A DNA stretch of 64,000 nucleotides from an uncultured Planctomycetaceae bacterium (GTDB lineage Bacteria; Planctomycetota; Phycisphaerae; SM23-33), in assembly GCA_964427875.1 (NCBI GenBank), contig CAYRVX010000006.1, positions 47,222-111,221 of the forward strand, read 5' to 3'. Made by a program: the position numbers and the translations under genes. Under the pieces are notes generated by a model. That model was not told where the DNA came from. It saw only the letters and a program-made list of their open reading frames with translations, and did no database searches. Positions 44,438 through 53,379 of the stretch are shown in pieces; within the stretch, counting starts at the first letter, position 1; each line of letters begins with the position of its first letter.

Positions 44438-44830
44438 ATGGCTGAGAAACTTGCGGCACCGGGCGGTCCGAGGGCGATCCCCGAGGGCGCGATCAAGCCC
44501 TGGCCGTCGTCGGCCGCCTGCTGCATTCACCACAACTGCATCCCGGTCCTCGTGGACATCGACTGGGATACGACGAACATCGACGCCGACCGGATCGCCG
44601 CGGCCGTCACGCACCGCACGAAGGCGATCGTGGCGGTTCACCTGCACGGCCACGCCGACGACGCCGCGGGCCTTCGCGACAGGATCGTCTGGGCCCTGAA
44701 GGCCGAGGGCGCCGGCGTCGGCACCTGGCAGGGCTGGCCCGTGCCGCAGATGACCGCCTTCCAGGCGAAGAACGCCTACGGCAGGGGCTGTCCCTGGTCG
44801 TGCTGGGCCGGGCGGAAGAGATCGACTCAA
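44438..44830 (+). pseudogene. remnant of a DegT/DnrJ/EryC1-type PLP aminotransferase (three short conserved blocks only)
   Basis: LAAPGGPRAIPEG..KPWP (N-terminal block). IPVLVDIDWDTTNIDADRIAAAVTHRTKAIVAVHLHGHADD (mid block). ALKAEGAGVGTWQGWPV...GRGCPWSC (C-terminal block). These are joined in about 130 aa instead of about 400 aa, and the PLP-lysine region is missing. Confidence 0.6.
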
Positions 44831-44835
44831 ACAAG

Positions 44836-44867
44836 GCTCCTGCGGCCCGGCCAGGGGAGCTTTTTTT
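44836..44867 (+). terminator. intrinsic terminator-like hairpin + T7
   Basis: GCTCC (44836-44840) pairs with GGAGC (44856-44860), with inner GC pairs, followed by TTTTTTT (44861-44867). Confidence 0.5.
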
Positions 44868-44985
44868 GGCGTGGTTCAGATGCGGGTAACATTCCGCCGC
44901 CGCTTCGCCCGCAGCCCGCGGCGCCGCCCGGGGGAGGCCCAACTCGTGCTTCGCAGCGAAGTACTGCTTCGCAGAGTAGCAAGGG

Positions 44986-45023
44986 CCGGAAGGACCTGCC
45001 TGCCGGCAGGCAGGTCCTTTCGG
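44986..45023. repeat. 38-bp near-perfect palindrome sharing its core with the 40678-40696 hairpin
   Basis: CCGGAAGGACCTGCCTGCC|GGCAGGCAGGTCCTTTCGG (18 of 19 positions complementary). The core CCTGCCTGCCG(G)CAGGCAGG also occurs at 40678-40696. Confidence 0.7.
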
Positions 45024-45065
45024 CCCGCCGTGTGCGAGGACAAATCCGGGGAGCTTTCCTCTTCG

Positions 45066-45252
45066 CCCCGTACGGGGCGGTACGTGGGTAGCCCAGGGCG
45101 ACCGGAGGGAGCCCTGGGTACGCGTCACCCTTTGTGCGGAGCCTCGTATGGGGCGACCGTGAGGTACGGTCACCCCTGCCGGGGTTCCGCGAAATACACG
45201 CCCTGCAAACCCAGGGCTTGCGGCAAACAGCGCCGCGGCGCCCTGGGCTACC
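45066..45252. repeat. cluster of palindromic junk repeats bounded by inverted GGTAGCCCAGGGCG copies
   Basis: GGTAGCCCAGGGCG (45087-45100) and its reverse complement (45239-45252). Internal hairpins include CGCCCCG/CGGGGCG (45064-45079), TA(G)CCCAGGG/CCCTGGGTA (45089-45120) and GCGACCGT/ACGGTCAC (45153-45173). Confidence 0.6.
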
Positions 45253-45441
45253 AACGTCCGCTCCTCCGGAGCTAACAGATTACAGAAACAATCGTTACGG
45301 ACCGCCGGGAAACATTCTCACACACGGCCCGCCGGGCCTCGTCTGTAGACTCGTGGGTTCCCAAGACTCGCAGGCGCTGTTACGTGGGAACTATCGTTTC
45401 TGAACCAGGCCGCTTTTTTTGAAAAATCCCTGCAATAATCA

Positions 45442-45470
45442 ATGACATGGCTGCGTTTATTGTATATAAT
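45442..45470 (+). promoter_or_regulatory. near-consensus sigma70-type promoter in an AT-rich, ORF-poor stretch
   Basis: ATGACA (45442-45447), a 17-nt spacer, TATAAT (45465-45470). A hairpin plus short T tract follows at 45515-45549. Confidence 0.35.
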
Positions 45471-45914
45471 ACTATCAAGGGGCATGGTTGTGGTCTGACC
45501 TGATCGCAGGATGCAAGAGCCTGGGGGAGAACGCCGCAGAAGCTCTTTTACGAAACAAAGCCATTTTTCCGAAAACCATCTATAAGCGCTTTTTATATAA
45601 GCACTTGTGTCGGCCGGCCCCGAGTTTTGCCTTGAGCGCAACTCCGCTGGCGGAACCGAGCGGGGCGGCCTGTCGGCCGGAGCCGCCGCGTCCCTCGGCG
45701 ATCCGGCGGGGGGTGGATCCCGGTGCGGATGCCGCCTGACGGGGCCCTCGCGGCCGCCGGCACCATCGTCCCGGACCAGCCGGAAAGACTTCGTGCATTC
45801 TCGCATGGATTCACTATAATGGTTGGCACACCGGGTCGCGGGCGATGGGGAGTGTTGTCGGCCGCATGATCTCAACCGGGAACTTGTCTGCCGCCGGGCG
45901 GCGTGGAGGTAGCC

Positions 45915-48900
45915 ATGAAGCCTGTCTGGCGTTCGTTGTGCTGCGCGGCCGTTGTGTGTGCGGTCCTGTTCGGCGCTGCTGTGGCCGAGGAAGCCGAGCA
46001 GGTGTTCAACTCGCTCTACGGCAAGGACTATCGCAGGGTCCTCTCGACGAGTGACCGGGCCGATGACATCGCGCTGGCCAGGCAGTTGGTCGAGGCGACC
46101 AAGGCAGCCGCCAACCATCCGAAGCTCTTCGCACTGCTCTGCGAGAAGGCCCACCTTCTCGCCGGCAAGCATCCCGTCGGATACGAGACCGCCATCGAGG
46201 CGATGAAGCTCCTGGCCGAGAAGGTGCCGGAAAAGAGGAAGGACTGCCGTGAGAAGCTCCTGACGTTGTACCAGGTGCGGTACGGTTCCAGCCCGCGTGA
46301 CGCCCGCGCCGCCGCCGGCGAGGACCTGATCGACTACCTCATGACGGTGGCCGAGGAATGCGGCACCGAGGGCGATTGCACGTCGGCCGTGCGGTATCTG
46401 CGCCGGGCGTCCTACGTGGCCCGGGCCGTCCGCTCCGGCAGCAGCGACGCCATCATCGAGAAGCTCAAGCGTTTCATCGCCCTGGACCGAACGGCCAAGG
46501 ACATCCAGCGGGCGAAGGCCCTTCTGAGAGCCGACCCGCTGGACTCCGCCGCCCGCCCCCGGCTGGTCCGGCTGTACCTCGTGGAGAAGGACGATCCGGC
46601 CGAGGCGGCCAAGTACCTCGGCACCGCCTGCGACGAGGCGATGAAGACCTGCGTTCCCCTCGTGGTGAAGGACGCGAGCTCACTGGCCGACGCCGTGTGT
46701 CTGGAGCTGGCCGAGTGGTACCGCAGCCTGTCGGCAAAGGCCTCGGCGTTCGCCAGGCCGGCCATGCTCCGCCGCGCGAGGGGCTACTACGAGGTCTTCC
46801 TGGCCAAACACGCCGCCAGGGACATGTCCCGCACGAAGGCGGAACTGGCGCTGGATAAGGTCAAGCAGGCGCTGGCGGCATACGAGGCGAGCGCGGCGCC
46901 GAGGCCGGCGAGCGGCACGCGGACCGTGCGGCTCCCGCCGCGAGCCGGGCAAGCGGGCGGGCCCTTCGGCGCCTTGGCGCTGGTGAGTCAGCCCGGGCCG
47001 GTGACGGGCGGGCAGCCCTGGACGATCGAGACGAGCCGCCCGCGCGGAAGGCTGCTGGCCGTGGCCTTCAGCCGCGATGGGAAGCACGTTGCCATGGGCG
47101 GCCGCAGCGGCGTCATCCGCATCTGCGACGCGGCCACGGGAAAGCTCGCCCGGGTCCTCATGGGCCACGACGGGGGCATCCACGCCCTGGCCTACTCGCC
47201 GAGGGGCGGCACGCTGGCCTCGGCGGGCTCCGACAAGACGATCCGGCTGTGGAACGCCCAGACCGGTCGATGCCTGCGAGCGCTGACCGGCCACAAGCGG
47301 GCCGTAACCTCCGTCTCGTGGTCGCCGGACGGCAGGACGCTGGCAACCGGGAGCTGGGACAGGCGCGTGGCGCTGTGGGACGTCCGGTCGGGCAAGGCGA
47401 CGCTTCTGCTTCCGGAGCACGGGCACGAAGTGCGGGCCGTGGCGTGGGCGCCGAACGGCAAGTGGCTGGCGACCGCGGGGGACTACAGCGACGGCCAGGT
47501 CGCCGTCTGGGATGCCCGCGGCCGGTGTCGCGACGTCATCAAGGGCGGCTCAGCCATCTGCGCCTTTGCGTGGTCGCCCGACAGCAGGTACCTGGCCTTC
47601 GGGGGAAAGCACCGCCACGACGTCGCGGTGTACGTGTGGCACTGCGCCCTGCGAAAGGTCGTCAAGGAGCTCAAGGACAACGTGAAGGAGACGTCGGTCC
47701 TCGCGTGGTCGCCGGACGGGAAGAAGCTCGCCTCGGAGGGAACGCAGGGGACGATCATTGGCTGGGAGACCAAGTCCTGGCGGATCGCCTTCAGCCTGGC
47801 GTTCATGGAGAAGTCCGGCGGCGACGAGGGAGCGGCCGACCTGGCATGGTCGCCGGACGGCAAGACCATCGTCGCCTGCGGCAACGAGCACCGCAATCAC
47901 GGCGTGGTGAAGGCGGGGCTCTGGAACATAGAGACCGGGCGGAACGTCTGGCTGACCGACATGCGCATCCCCCGCATCACCGCCATGGCCTATTCCTCGG
48001 ACGGCCGGAAGCTGGCCTACTGCTCCTACCAGAAAGACAAGAGGCCGGTGATCTGGACTTGCAGCGGCCAGTCGGGACAGGTGCACAAGCGGTGGGAAGC
48101 CCACGAGGGAGAGGCCGGCGTGCTGGCGTGTTCGCCGGACGGCAAGACACTGGCCGCCGGAACGAAGGACACGCTGCAACTGTGGGACGCGAACTCCGGC
48201 GTCTTGCAGCACAAGATCGAGGGCCAGCGCGGCGAGGTCTCGGGCGTCGCGTGGTCGCCGGACGGCAAGAAGGTGGCCGAGTGCAGTGCGGACGCTTCGC
48301 CTCGGATCTTCGACGCCCACTCCGGCGAGGTCCGCAAGCAGATGACGGAGAAGCAGGGCTCCGGCCACGACCTCGCCTGGTCGCCCGACGGCAAGTGGCT
48401 GGCCGTCCCCACGTCCCACTCCGGGGACCGGATCTACGTGTGGGATTGCGGCGCCGACCGCCCCCCGGACGTGTTCCCCGGGCCTCGCGGGGGAGTCTAC
48501 GCCGTCGTCTGGTCGCCCGACAGCAAGATGCTGGCCACCGGCTCCGGCGACGGAACCGTAGGGATATGGGGCGTCAGGCCGTGCCGGCCGATCAAAACGC
48601 TCGCCGGCCACGAGCGCCAAGTCCGTGCGGTGGCCTGGTCGCCGGACGGCAAGACGCTCGCCTCCGGCCAGCGCGGCGACAGGGAGACGCCGGAGATCCG
48701 GCTGTGGGACATGCGCCAGGGGGAGCTGCTGGCCACGCTCGGCGGGCACACCCGCGACATCGTCAACCTCGCCTGGTCGGCGGACAGCAAGGTACTGGCC
48801 TCGGCGTGCCAGAAGATCATCCGCCTGTGGGACGCCAAGGGCCGCCGGGCGGTCCTCACCGTCCTGCCGGTCGCCGACGTCGGTCACATCGCCGTCAACT

Positions 48901-49046
48901 ACAACGGCCACTTCCGCGCGCCCAAGGGCCTCGACGCCGAAAAGGACATCGTCTACGTCAGCGCCGAGGGCCCCGACGTGCTCGCGCCGTCGGAGTTCGC
49001 CAAGAAGTACGGCTGGAAGAACGACCCCGACAAGGTCGGCCGGTGA
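45915..49046 (+). CDS. exported WD40 protein: signal peptide, about 330-aa helical N-terminal region, about 14 WD40 blades (two 7-bladed propellers)
   Basis: MKPVWRSLCCAAVVCAVLFGAAVA signal, with GGAGGT RBS before the ATG at 45915. There are 14 recurrences of the (W/Y/F)SPDG(K/R)xLA(S/T)G-type blade signature. Confidence 0.85.
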   Translation: MKPVWRSLCCAAVVCAVLFGAAVAEEAEQVFNSLYGKDYRRVLSTSDRADDIALARQLVEATKAAANHPKLFALLCEKAHLLAGKHPVGYETAIEAMKLLAEKVPEKRKDCREKLLTLYQVRYGSSPRDARAAAGEDLIDYLMTVAEECGTEGDCTSAVRYLRRASYVARAVRSGSSDAIIEKLKRFIALDRTAKDIQRAKALLRADPLDSAARPRLVRLYLVEKDDPAEAAKYLGTACDEAMKTCVPLVVKDASSLADAVCLELAEWYRSLSAKASAFARPAMLRRARGYYEVFLAKHAARDMSRTKAELALDKVKQALAAYEASAAPRPASGTRTVRLPPRAGQAGGPFGALALVSQPGPVTGGQPWTIETSRPRGRLLAVAFSRDGKHVAMGGRSGVIRICDAATGKLARVLMGHDGGIHALAYSPRGGTLASAGSDKTIRLWNAQTGRCLRALTGHKRAVTSVSWSPDGRTLATGSWDRRVALWDVRSGKATLLLPEHGHEVRAVAWAPNGKWLATAGDYSDGQVAVWDARGRCRDVIKGGSAICAFAWSPDSRYLAFGGKHRHDVAVYVWHCALRKVVKELKDNVKETSVLAWSPDGKKLASEGTQGTIIGWETKSWRIAFSLAFMEKSGGDEGAADLAWSPDGKTIVACGNEHRNHGVVKAGLWNIETGRNVWLTDMRIPRITAMAYSSDGRKLAYCSYQKDKRPVIWTCSGQSGQVHKRWEAHEGEAGVLACSPDGKTLAAGTKDTLQLWDANSGVLQHKIEGQRGEVSGVAWSPDGKKVAECSADASPRIFDAHSGEVRKQMTEKQGSGHDLAWSPDGKWLAVPTSHSGDRIYVWDCGADRPPDVFPGPRGGVYAVVWSPDSKMLATGSGDGTVGIWGVRPCRPIKTLAGHERQVRAVAWSPDGKTLASGQRGDRETPEIRLWDMRQGELLATLGGHTRDIVNLAWSADSKVLASACQKIIRLWDAKGRRAVLTVLPVADVGHIAVNYNGHFRAPKGLDAEKDIVYVSAEGPDVLAPSEFAKKYGWKNDPDKVGR

Positions 49047-49067
49047 CGCCCGCGACGCGCCTCCGGC

Positions 49068-49904
49068 TCACCGGAGAGTCACGCCCGCCTCGGCCGCGAC
49101 GGCTCGGACGTGCTCGGCCGCCCGGGCGTACTCCTCGGCCGTCGGCAGGTGCTCGAGCAGCAGGGGCGTGTCCTCGTCCAGCTTGTCCAGCTCCTTGAGA
49201 TACGTGCGATAGTCCAGCCCGCCCAGGCCGGGCCGCACCTCGTCCAGGTGCGTGGTGAGCTGGCCGGACAGGGAGATGTCCTTGGCGTGGCAACTGCGGA
49301 TGTGCGGGCCGAGCCTCGCGACGAACTCGCGGATCACCTCGCCCGTGGCGAAGTACCGCCGCGGGCAGTTGATCAGGTTCACCGGGTCGAAGTGCACGGC
49401 GAATCGCTCGCGGTCGATCGCCTTCATCAGGCGGACGTACTCGCCCGTCGAATCGGGCGGCGCCCACGGCATCGTCTCGAGCGTGTAGTACGTCCGCGCG
49501 GGGCCGACCGAGTCGATGATGTCCCGGACGCACTCGACGATCATGTCGAACGTCTCGTCCGAGAAGTTCTCCCGGCCGGGACCGTCCCACGAGAGCCCGC
49601 GGGAGCCGGCAATGTTCACACAGCACCGGGCGCCGATGCGGTCGGCCAGCGCCAGGGCGGCCTTGCACTTCTCGACGGCCGCGGCGCGCGTCTCGCCGTC
49701 CGGGCTGAGCGGGTTGCTCCACGCGCCCACCTCGGCGATGATGAGGCCCGCCTTCCCCGCCGCGGCGGCGTAGGCGGCGACCACGTCGTCGCCGTCGTCG
49801 GCCCGGGCCGGGCAGTAGGCGGCCCCGTAGCCAAGTCCCCGCACGGCCGCCGCCCAGTCGTCGGGGCCGTCCCACTTCTCGAGAACCGGTCCGCCGAATC
49901 TCAT
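49068..49904 (-). CDS. sugar phosphate isomerase/epimerase (xylose-isomerase-like TIM barrel) family protein
   Basis: ...LIIAEVGAWSNP...CCVNIAGS...YTLETMPW...HFDPVNL...CHAKD. AAGGAGG RBS (complement of 49914-49920) before the ATG at 49904. Confidence 0.75.
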   Translation of the reverse strand: MRFGGPVLEKWDGPDDWAAAVRGLGYGAAYCPARADDGDDVVAAYAAAAGKAGLIIAEVGAWSNPLSPDGETRAAAVEKCKAALALADRIGARCCVNIAGSRGLSWDGPGRENFSDETFDMIVECVRDIIDSVGPARTYYTLETMPWAPPDSTGEYVRLMKAIDRERFAVHFDPVNLINCPRRYFATGEVIREFVARLGPHIRSCHAKDISLSGQLTTHLDEVRPGLGGLDYRTYLKELDKLDEDTPLLLEHLPTAEEYARAAEHVRAVAAEAGVTLR

Positions 49905-50776
49905 GGGGCGCGGCCTCCTTCCTCGAGCACCTTGCAGCTCACTCGCCCCAGCGCCCCGCAGTCGCCGACGTACGTGCCGGCCGCCTGCGGCCTCGCGGGC
50001 GAATAGGCGCCGGCCGCCGCGCCGGCCAACACGACGTCGCCGGCCCTGAGTGCATGGCCGCGGCCCAGCAGCGAATTGGCCAGCCACAGCAGCGATCTCC
50101 ACGGGCTGCCCATCACGTTGGCCGACTCGCCCCGGTAGACCTCCCTGCCGTCGTGCCTCACCGCCAGCGTGAGCCTGTCCACGTCCACCTTGGCGGGGTC
50201 CATCGCCGGGCCCAGCACGAAGCGGCTCGCCGCGGCGCCGTCGGCGATGACGTCGGCGGCCTTCGGCCTGGCGATGCTGAAGTCGAACCGCCGGGTCGGG
50301 ATGTCGAAGCCGGCGTGGACGCTCCTGACCAGCGGCTTGAGCCGCTCGACGTCCCGGACGGGCCTGTCGATCGGCTTGTCCATGACGAACGCGACCTCCA
50401 CCTCGATGTGAAAGGTGATGCAGCTCGCCGGGTCGATCGTCCCGGCGTCGGAGACAGCCTGGCTCTTGAACAGCCGCCCGTAGACGGGCTCGTCGACGCC
50501 CCAGGCGGCCCGCGAGGCCCTGCCGGCGAAGGCGATCTTGTAGCCGACCACCTCGTCTCCGGCCTCGACGATCATCCGCGTCAGCCCGTCCTGTACGCGA
50601 TAGGCCTCATCGACGGAGAACGGGCAGTACATGTGAGTCAGCGGCGGGATGGGCTGCCTCGTGATCCGCACGCTGACGAGGTGGGCCACCATCGCCTCGC
50701 GCTCGGCCGGGCAGCAGCACCCGGCTGACAGCCAGGTCAAGACGCTCGCGACCAGAAGAACCCGCCGGCGTCTCAC
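49901..50776 (-). CDS. 2-keto-4-pentenoate hydratase / fumarylacetoacetate-hydrolase-family protein with lipoprotein-type signal
   Basis: MRRRRVLLVASVLTWLSAGC; AYRVQD...VVGYKIAF...EVEVAF. ATGA overlap with the downstream gene. Confidence 0.65.
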   Translation of the reverse strand: MRRRRVLLVASVLTWLSAGCCCPAEREAMVAHLVSVRITRQPIPPLTHMYCPFSVDEAYRVQDGLTRMIVEAGDEVVGYKIAFAGRASRAAWGVDEPVYGRLFKSQAVSDAGTIDPASCITFHIEVEVAFVMDKPIDRPVRDVERLKPLVRSVHAGFDIPTRRFDFSIARPKAADVIADGAAASRFVLGPAMDPAKVDVDRLTLAVRHDGREVYRGESANVMGSPWRSLLWLANSLLGRGHALRAGDVVLAGAAAGAYSPARPQAAGTYVGDCGALGRVSCKVLEEGGRAP

Positions 50777-50885
50777 GGTGGATGTCCTTTCCTCTTGGGG
50801 GCCGCAGCCCGGGGCTGACAGTGTATTCTCCCTGCGCGACGGACGGCAAGGATGGCTGTCACGTGAACTGTCGTGCCGGCGGCGA

Positions 50886-53141
50886 CTACCGCCCGCCGGA
50901 GGACCTGACCTTGCGTATCAGAACGACCCAGTCCTCATCGGGCTTGTCGGGGGCCCGGCCCAGGTCCGGCGTGCCCCCTCCGTTGACGCGCCGTACCGAG
51001 CCATCCCGCAACCGGCTGCCGTTGCGAGGGTCATACCATCTCACGTCGAAGGCCCCGGTCACGCCGCTGAGGTCCAGGCTCGTCGTCCCGCCGTTCTTGA
51101 GGTAGACGACGTACACCTGGCCCGGCTTGCAGAAGCAGTAGTCGTTCGACGCGGCGCTGATGGTGTCGTCGTTGGCCATCTCCCAGAAGGGGACGTCGTT
51201 GTCGCGGAAGAACGACAGCGCGTGACGGCAGTAGTCCCAGAACCTGTCGCGGCTGCGGAAGTCTTCGCACGTCAAGTCCGAGTGCCCGTGCGCATATCCG
51301 AAGTAGAACTCCAGTCCGGCCCCGCCGGCCATGAGGTTACCCCAGAGGGCGTTCTTGCGTCCGTCGGTGTGGCTCTGTCCGGCGTCGTTGTCCGGCCGCA
51401 ACGCGTGCTGGGCGTCGCCCGGCTCGTCGCAGGCCACCACCCACGGTTTGCCCGCGGCCGCCGAGCGGTCGATGTAGTCCCTGGTCCGGCTGTGGACCCG
51501 GCTGAAGTCGCTCCGATTCGTCTGGAGGGAGAAGCCGGTCAGTTTCGAGGCGCTGCCGAGCAGGTCGTAATGGTTCGCGCCGTTGTGGATCACGATGTGG
51601 TTCCGGTAGGGATCGTGGTCCCAGAAGTACCGGGCCCAGGCCTGCTTCTGAGTTGTGGTCGCGTTGTTGATCTCCTCGCCCAGGTTCCAGTTGAGCGCAA
51701 GGTGGTGCCCGAAGCGTGCAATCAGCTCACGGTAGTAGAGCTTGCGCTCGTTTCCGAGGTCGCCGTTGTCCAGCAGCAGTTCGTTCTCGGTCTCCAGCGT
51801 CTTGAAGTGCAGGTACATGCCGAGGTGGTCGGCGTGCTCGAAGACGATCTCCCACTGGGCGAGCTTGGAGCAGTCGAAGCGCGTGTAAGGCGGGCGGTCC
51901 GTGAGATAGGGAAAGACGTTCCTGTCGTCGCCGCGGATGTTCATCGGGAGGAAGGAGAAGGCGTTCATGTGCTCCTCGCGGGCGAGGTAGTTGAGGGCGC
52001 CGATGACGCCCTTGCCCTTCCCGCCCCGCCAGGTCGGATCGCCGGGCCTCCAGTCCTTCACGTGGGCGGCCCACGACTTCCGCCGGCCGCCGTAGTCGGG
52101 CGTGTTGTCGAAGTCCTCGTACGCCAGGAAGTTCTCCGGCGCGTCCGCGCCGCACTTGAGGAAGTACTCCCCCGTCTCGGCAAAGCGGAGATGATGCTTG
52201 CCCACGTACCTCAGCCGCCCCTTGGCGCGGTGGTCACGTCCCTTCTTGTCGGTGGGGGAAATCTTGAGCGTTCCGGTCGCCCCGTCCAGGGGGCCGGCCC
52301 CGGCGCCCGCATCGGGATCGTCGCTCACGGCCACGTTGCTCCCCTTGCGGAAGGACGCCGCCCATGTCCACGTGCCGGTCCTGTCGGGGCAGAAGTGGGC
52401 CATCCACACGTTCCCCGCGGCGGCGCCGCTCTCAGCGGCGTTCCCGTCGGCGGCGTAGTAGCCGGGCACCGCGTACGTGCTGTCACCGCCTCGGAACGTG
52501 ACGCTCAGGCGATAGTCGGTGAACGGGTTGGGCTTTGCCGTCTCGCTGGCGGCGGGGCCGGCGAACGCGATCGTGACCTTGTGCCACTTCCTCATCTCGC
52601 CGCTGACCTTGACCGGGCCCGGCTTCATGGTGACGGCGGGCTGCACCGGGCGCACGGGCGGGACGATGCTCTTGCCTGCCTTACGGCCCCGCTTCCGCGC
52701 CGCGGTCGCTTTGGCCCGGCCGACGATGGTGAAGGTGATGCTCACGCCCGTGCCCACGGCGCCCTGTCCGCCCGCCCGCCCGTAGGGCGTGGCCGTGAGA
52801 GTGTGGCGGCCGGCCCTGAACTTCCAGGCGGAGTAGTCGCCCCGGCTGTCGCCTGCCAGTGAGTACGGCGCGACGTTCTCGGTCTTGATGTCCTCCCCGT
52901 CGAGGACGAACCGAACGCTGCCGACCTCGCCGGACACGTCGGCCCGGATGTTGAGGCGTTCGCCGTCGCTCTTCGTGCTCACGGTCGCGCCGTCCTTGAG
53001 CGCTCTAATGTCGCGGTCCGTCTCGGCGTTGACCAGCGTGAGCTGCGTTACTTCCCCTGGGGCCCCGGCGGCCGCCGCGACCCAACTCAGTAACACGCCA
53101 ACCCCCGCCGCCCTAGCGTATCCCGTCGATCTGCCTGCCAT
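50886..53141 (-). CDS. secreted DUF5060-containing glycoside hydrolase-like protein (N-terminal CBM-like module, DUF5060, GH5-like catalytic region, C-terminal beta-sandwich)
   Basis: Signal peptide. NPFTDYRLSVTFRGGDSTYAVPGYYAADG...WMAHFCPDRTGTWTW (DUF5060-like block). The family is recognised from memory only. Confidence 0.65.
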   Translation of the reverse strand: MAGRSTGYARAAGVGVLLSWVAAAAGAPGEVTQLTLVNAETDRDIRALKDGATVSTKSDGERLNIRADVSGEVGSVRFVLDGEDIKTENVAPYSLAGDSRGDYSAWKFRAGRHTLTATPYGRAGGQGAVGTGVSITFTIVGRAKATAARKRGRKAGKSIVPPVRPVQPAVTMKPGPVKVSGEMRKWHKVTIAFAGPAASETAKPNPFTDYRLSVTFRGGDSTYAVPGYYAADGNAAESGAAAGNVWMAHFCPDRTGTWTWAASFRKGSNVAVSDDPDAGAGAGPLDGATGTLKISPTDKKGRDHRAKGRLRYVGKHHLRFAETGEYFLKCGADAPENFLAYEDFDNTPDYGGRRKSWAAHVKDWRPGDPTWRGGKGKGVIGALNYLAREEHMNAFSFLPMNIRGDDRNVFPYLTDRPPYTRFDCSKLAQWEIVFEHADHLGMYLHFKTLETENELLLDNGDLGNERKLYYRELIARFGHHLALNWNLGEEINNATTTQKQAWARYFWDHDPYRNHIVIHNGANHYDLLGSASKLTGFSLQTNRSDFSRVHSRTRDYIDRSAAAGKPWVVACDEPGDAQHALRPDNDAGQSHTDGRKNALWGNLMAGGAGLEFYFGYAHGHSDLTCEDFRSRDRFWDYCRHALSFFRDNDVPFWEMANDDTISAASNDYCFCKPGQVYVVYLKNGGTTSLDLSGVTGAFDVRWYDPRNGSRLRDGSVRRVNGGGTPDLGRAPDKPDEDWVVLIRKVRSSGGR

Positions 53142-53379
53142 GGTTTCACCGTCCGCCTGACTGACCCGCCGCCATTGCACCGGCCGCGCGCCCAATCGAG
53201 GAGTCCCTGCATGAAGTCCCGCGCCACGACCGTCGCGGCACACCAAGACGCATTCTCGCCCGCCCGGCGCGGCGCATCAAGCGCTGGCGCCCACGTACCC
53301 CGCGACCCCAACGAGCCGTTTCATTCCAGGGACACCCATGAGAGCAGATAGCCGACCCAAGTGCGGGGCAGGCGCCGGA

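Noticed and set aside
45488-45739. 83-aa ORF in the AT-rich spacer upstream of the WD40 gene.
   Set aside because: It has no RBS, shows mixed composition that drifts into Pro/Ala/Arg junk, and has no motif. The region is more plausibly non-coding (leader or sRNA).
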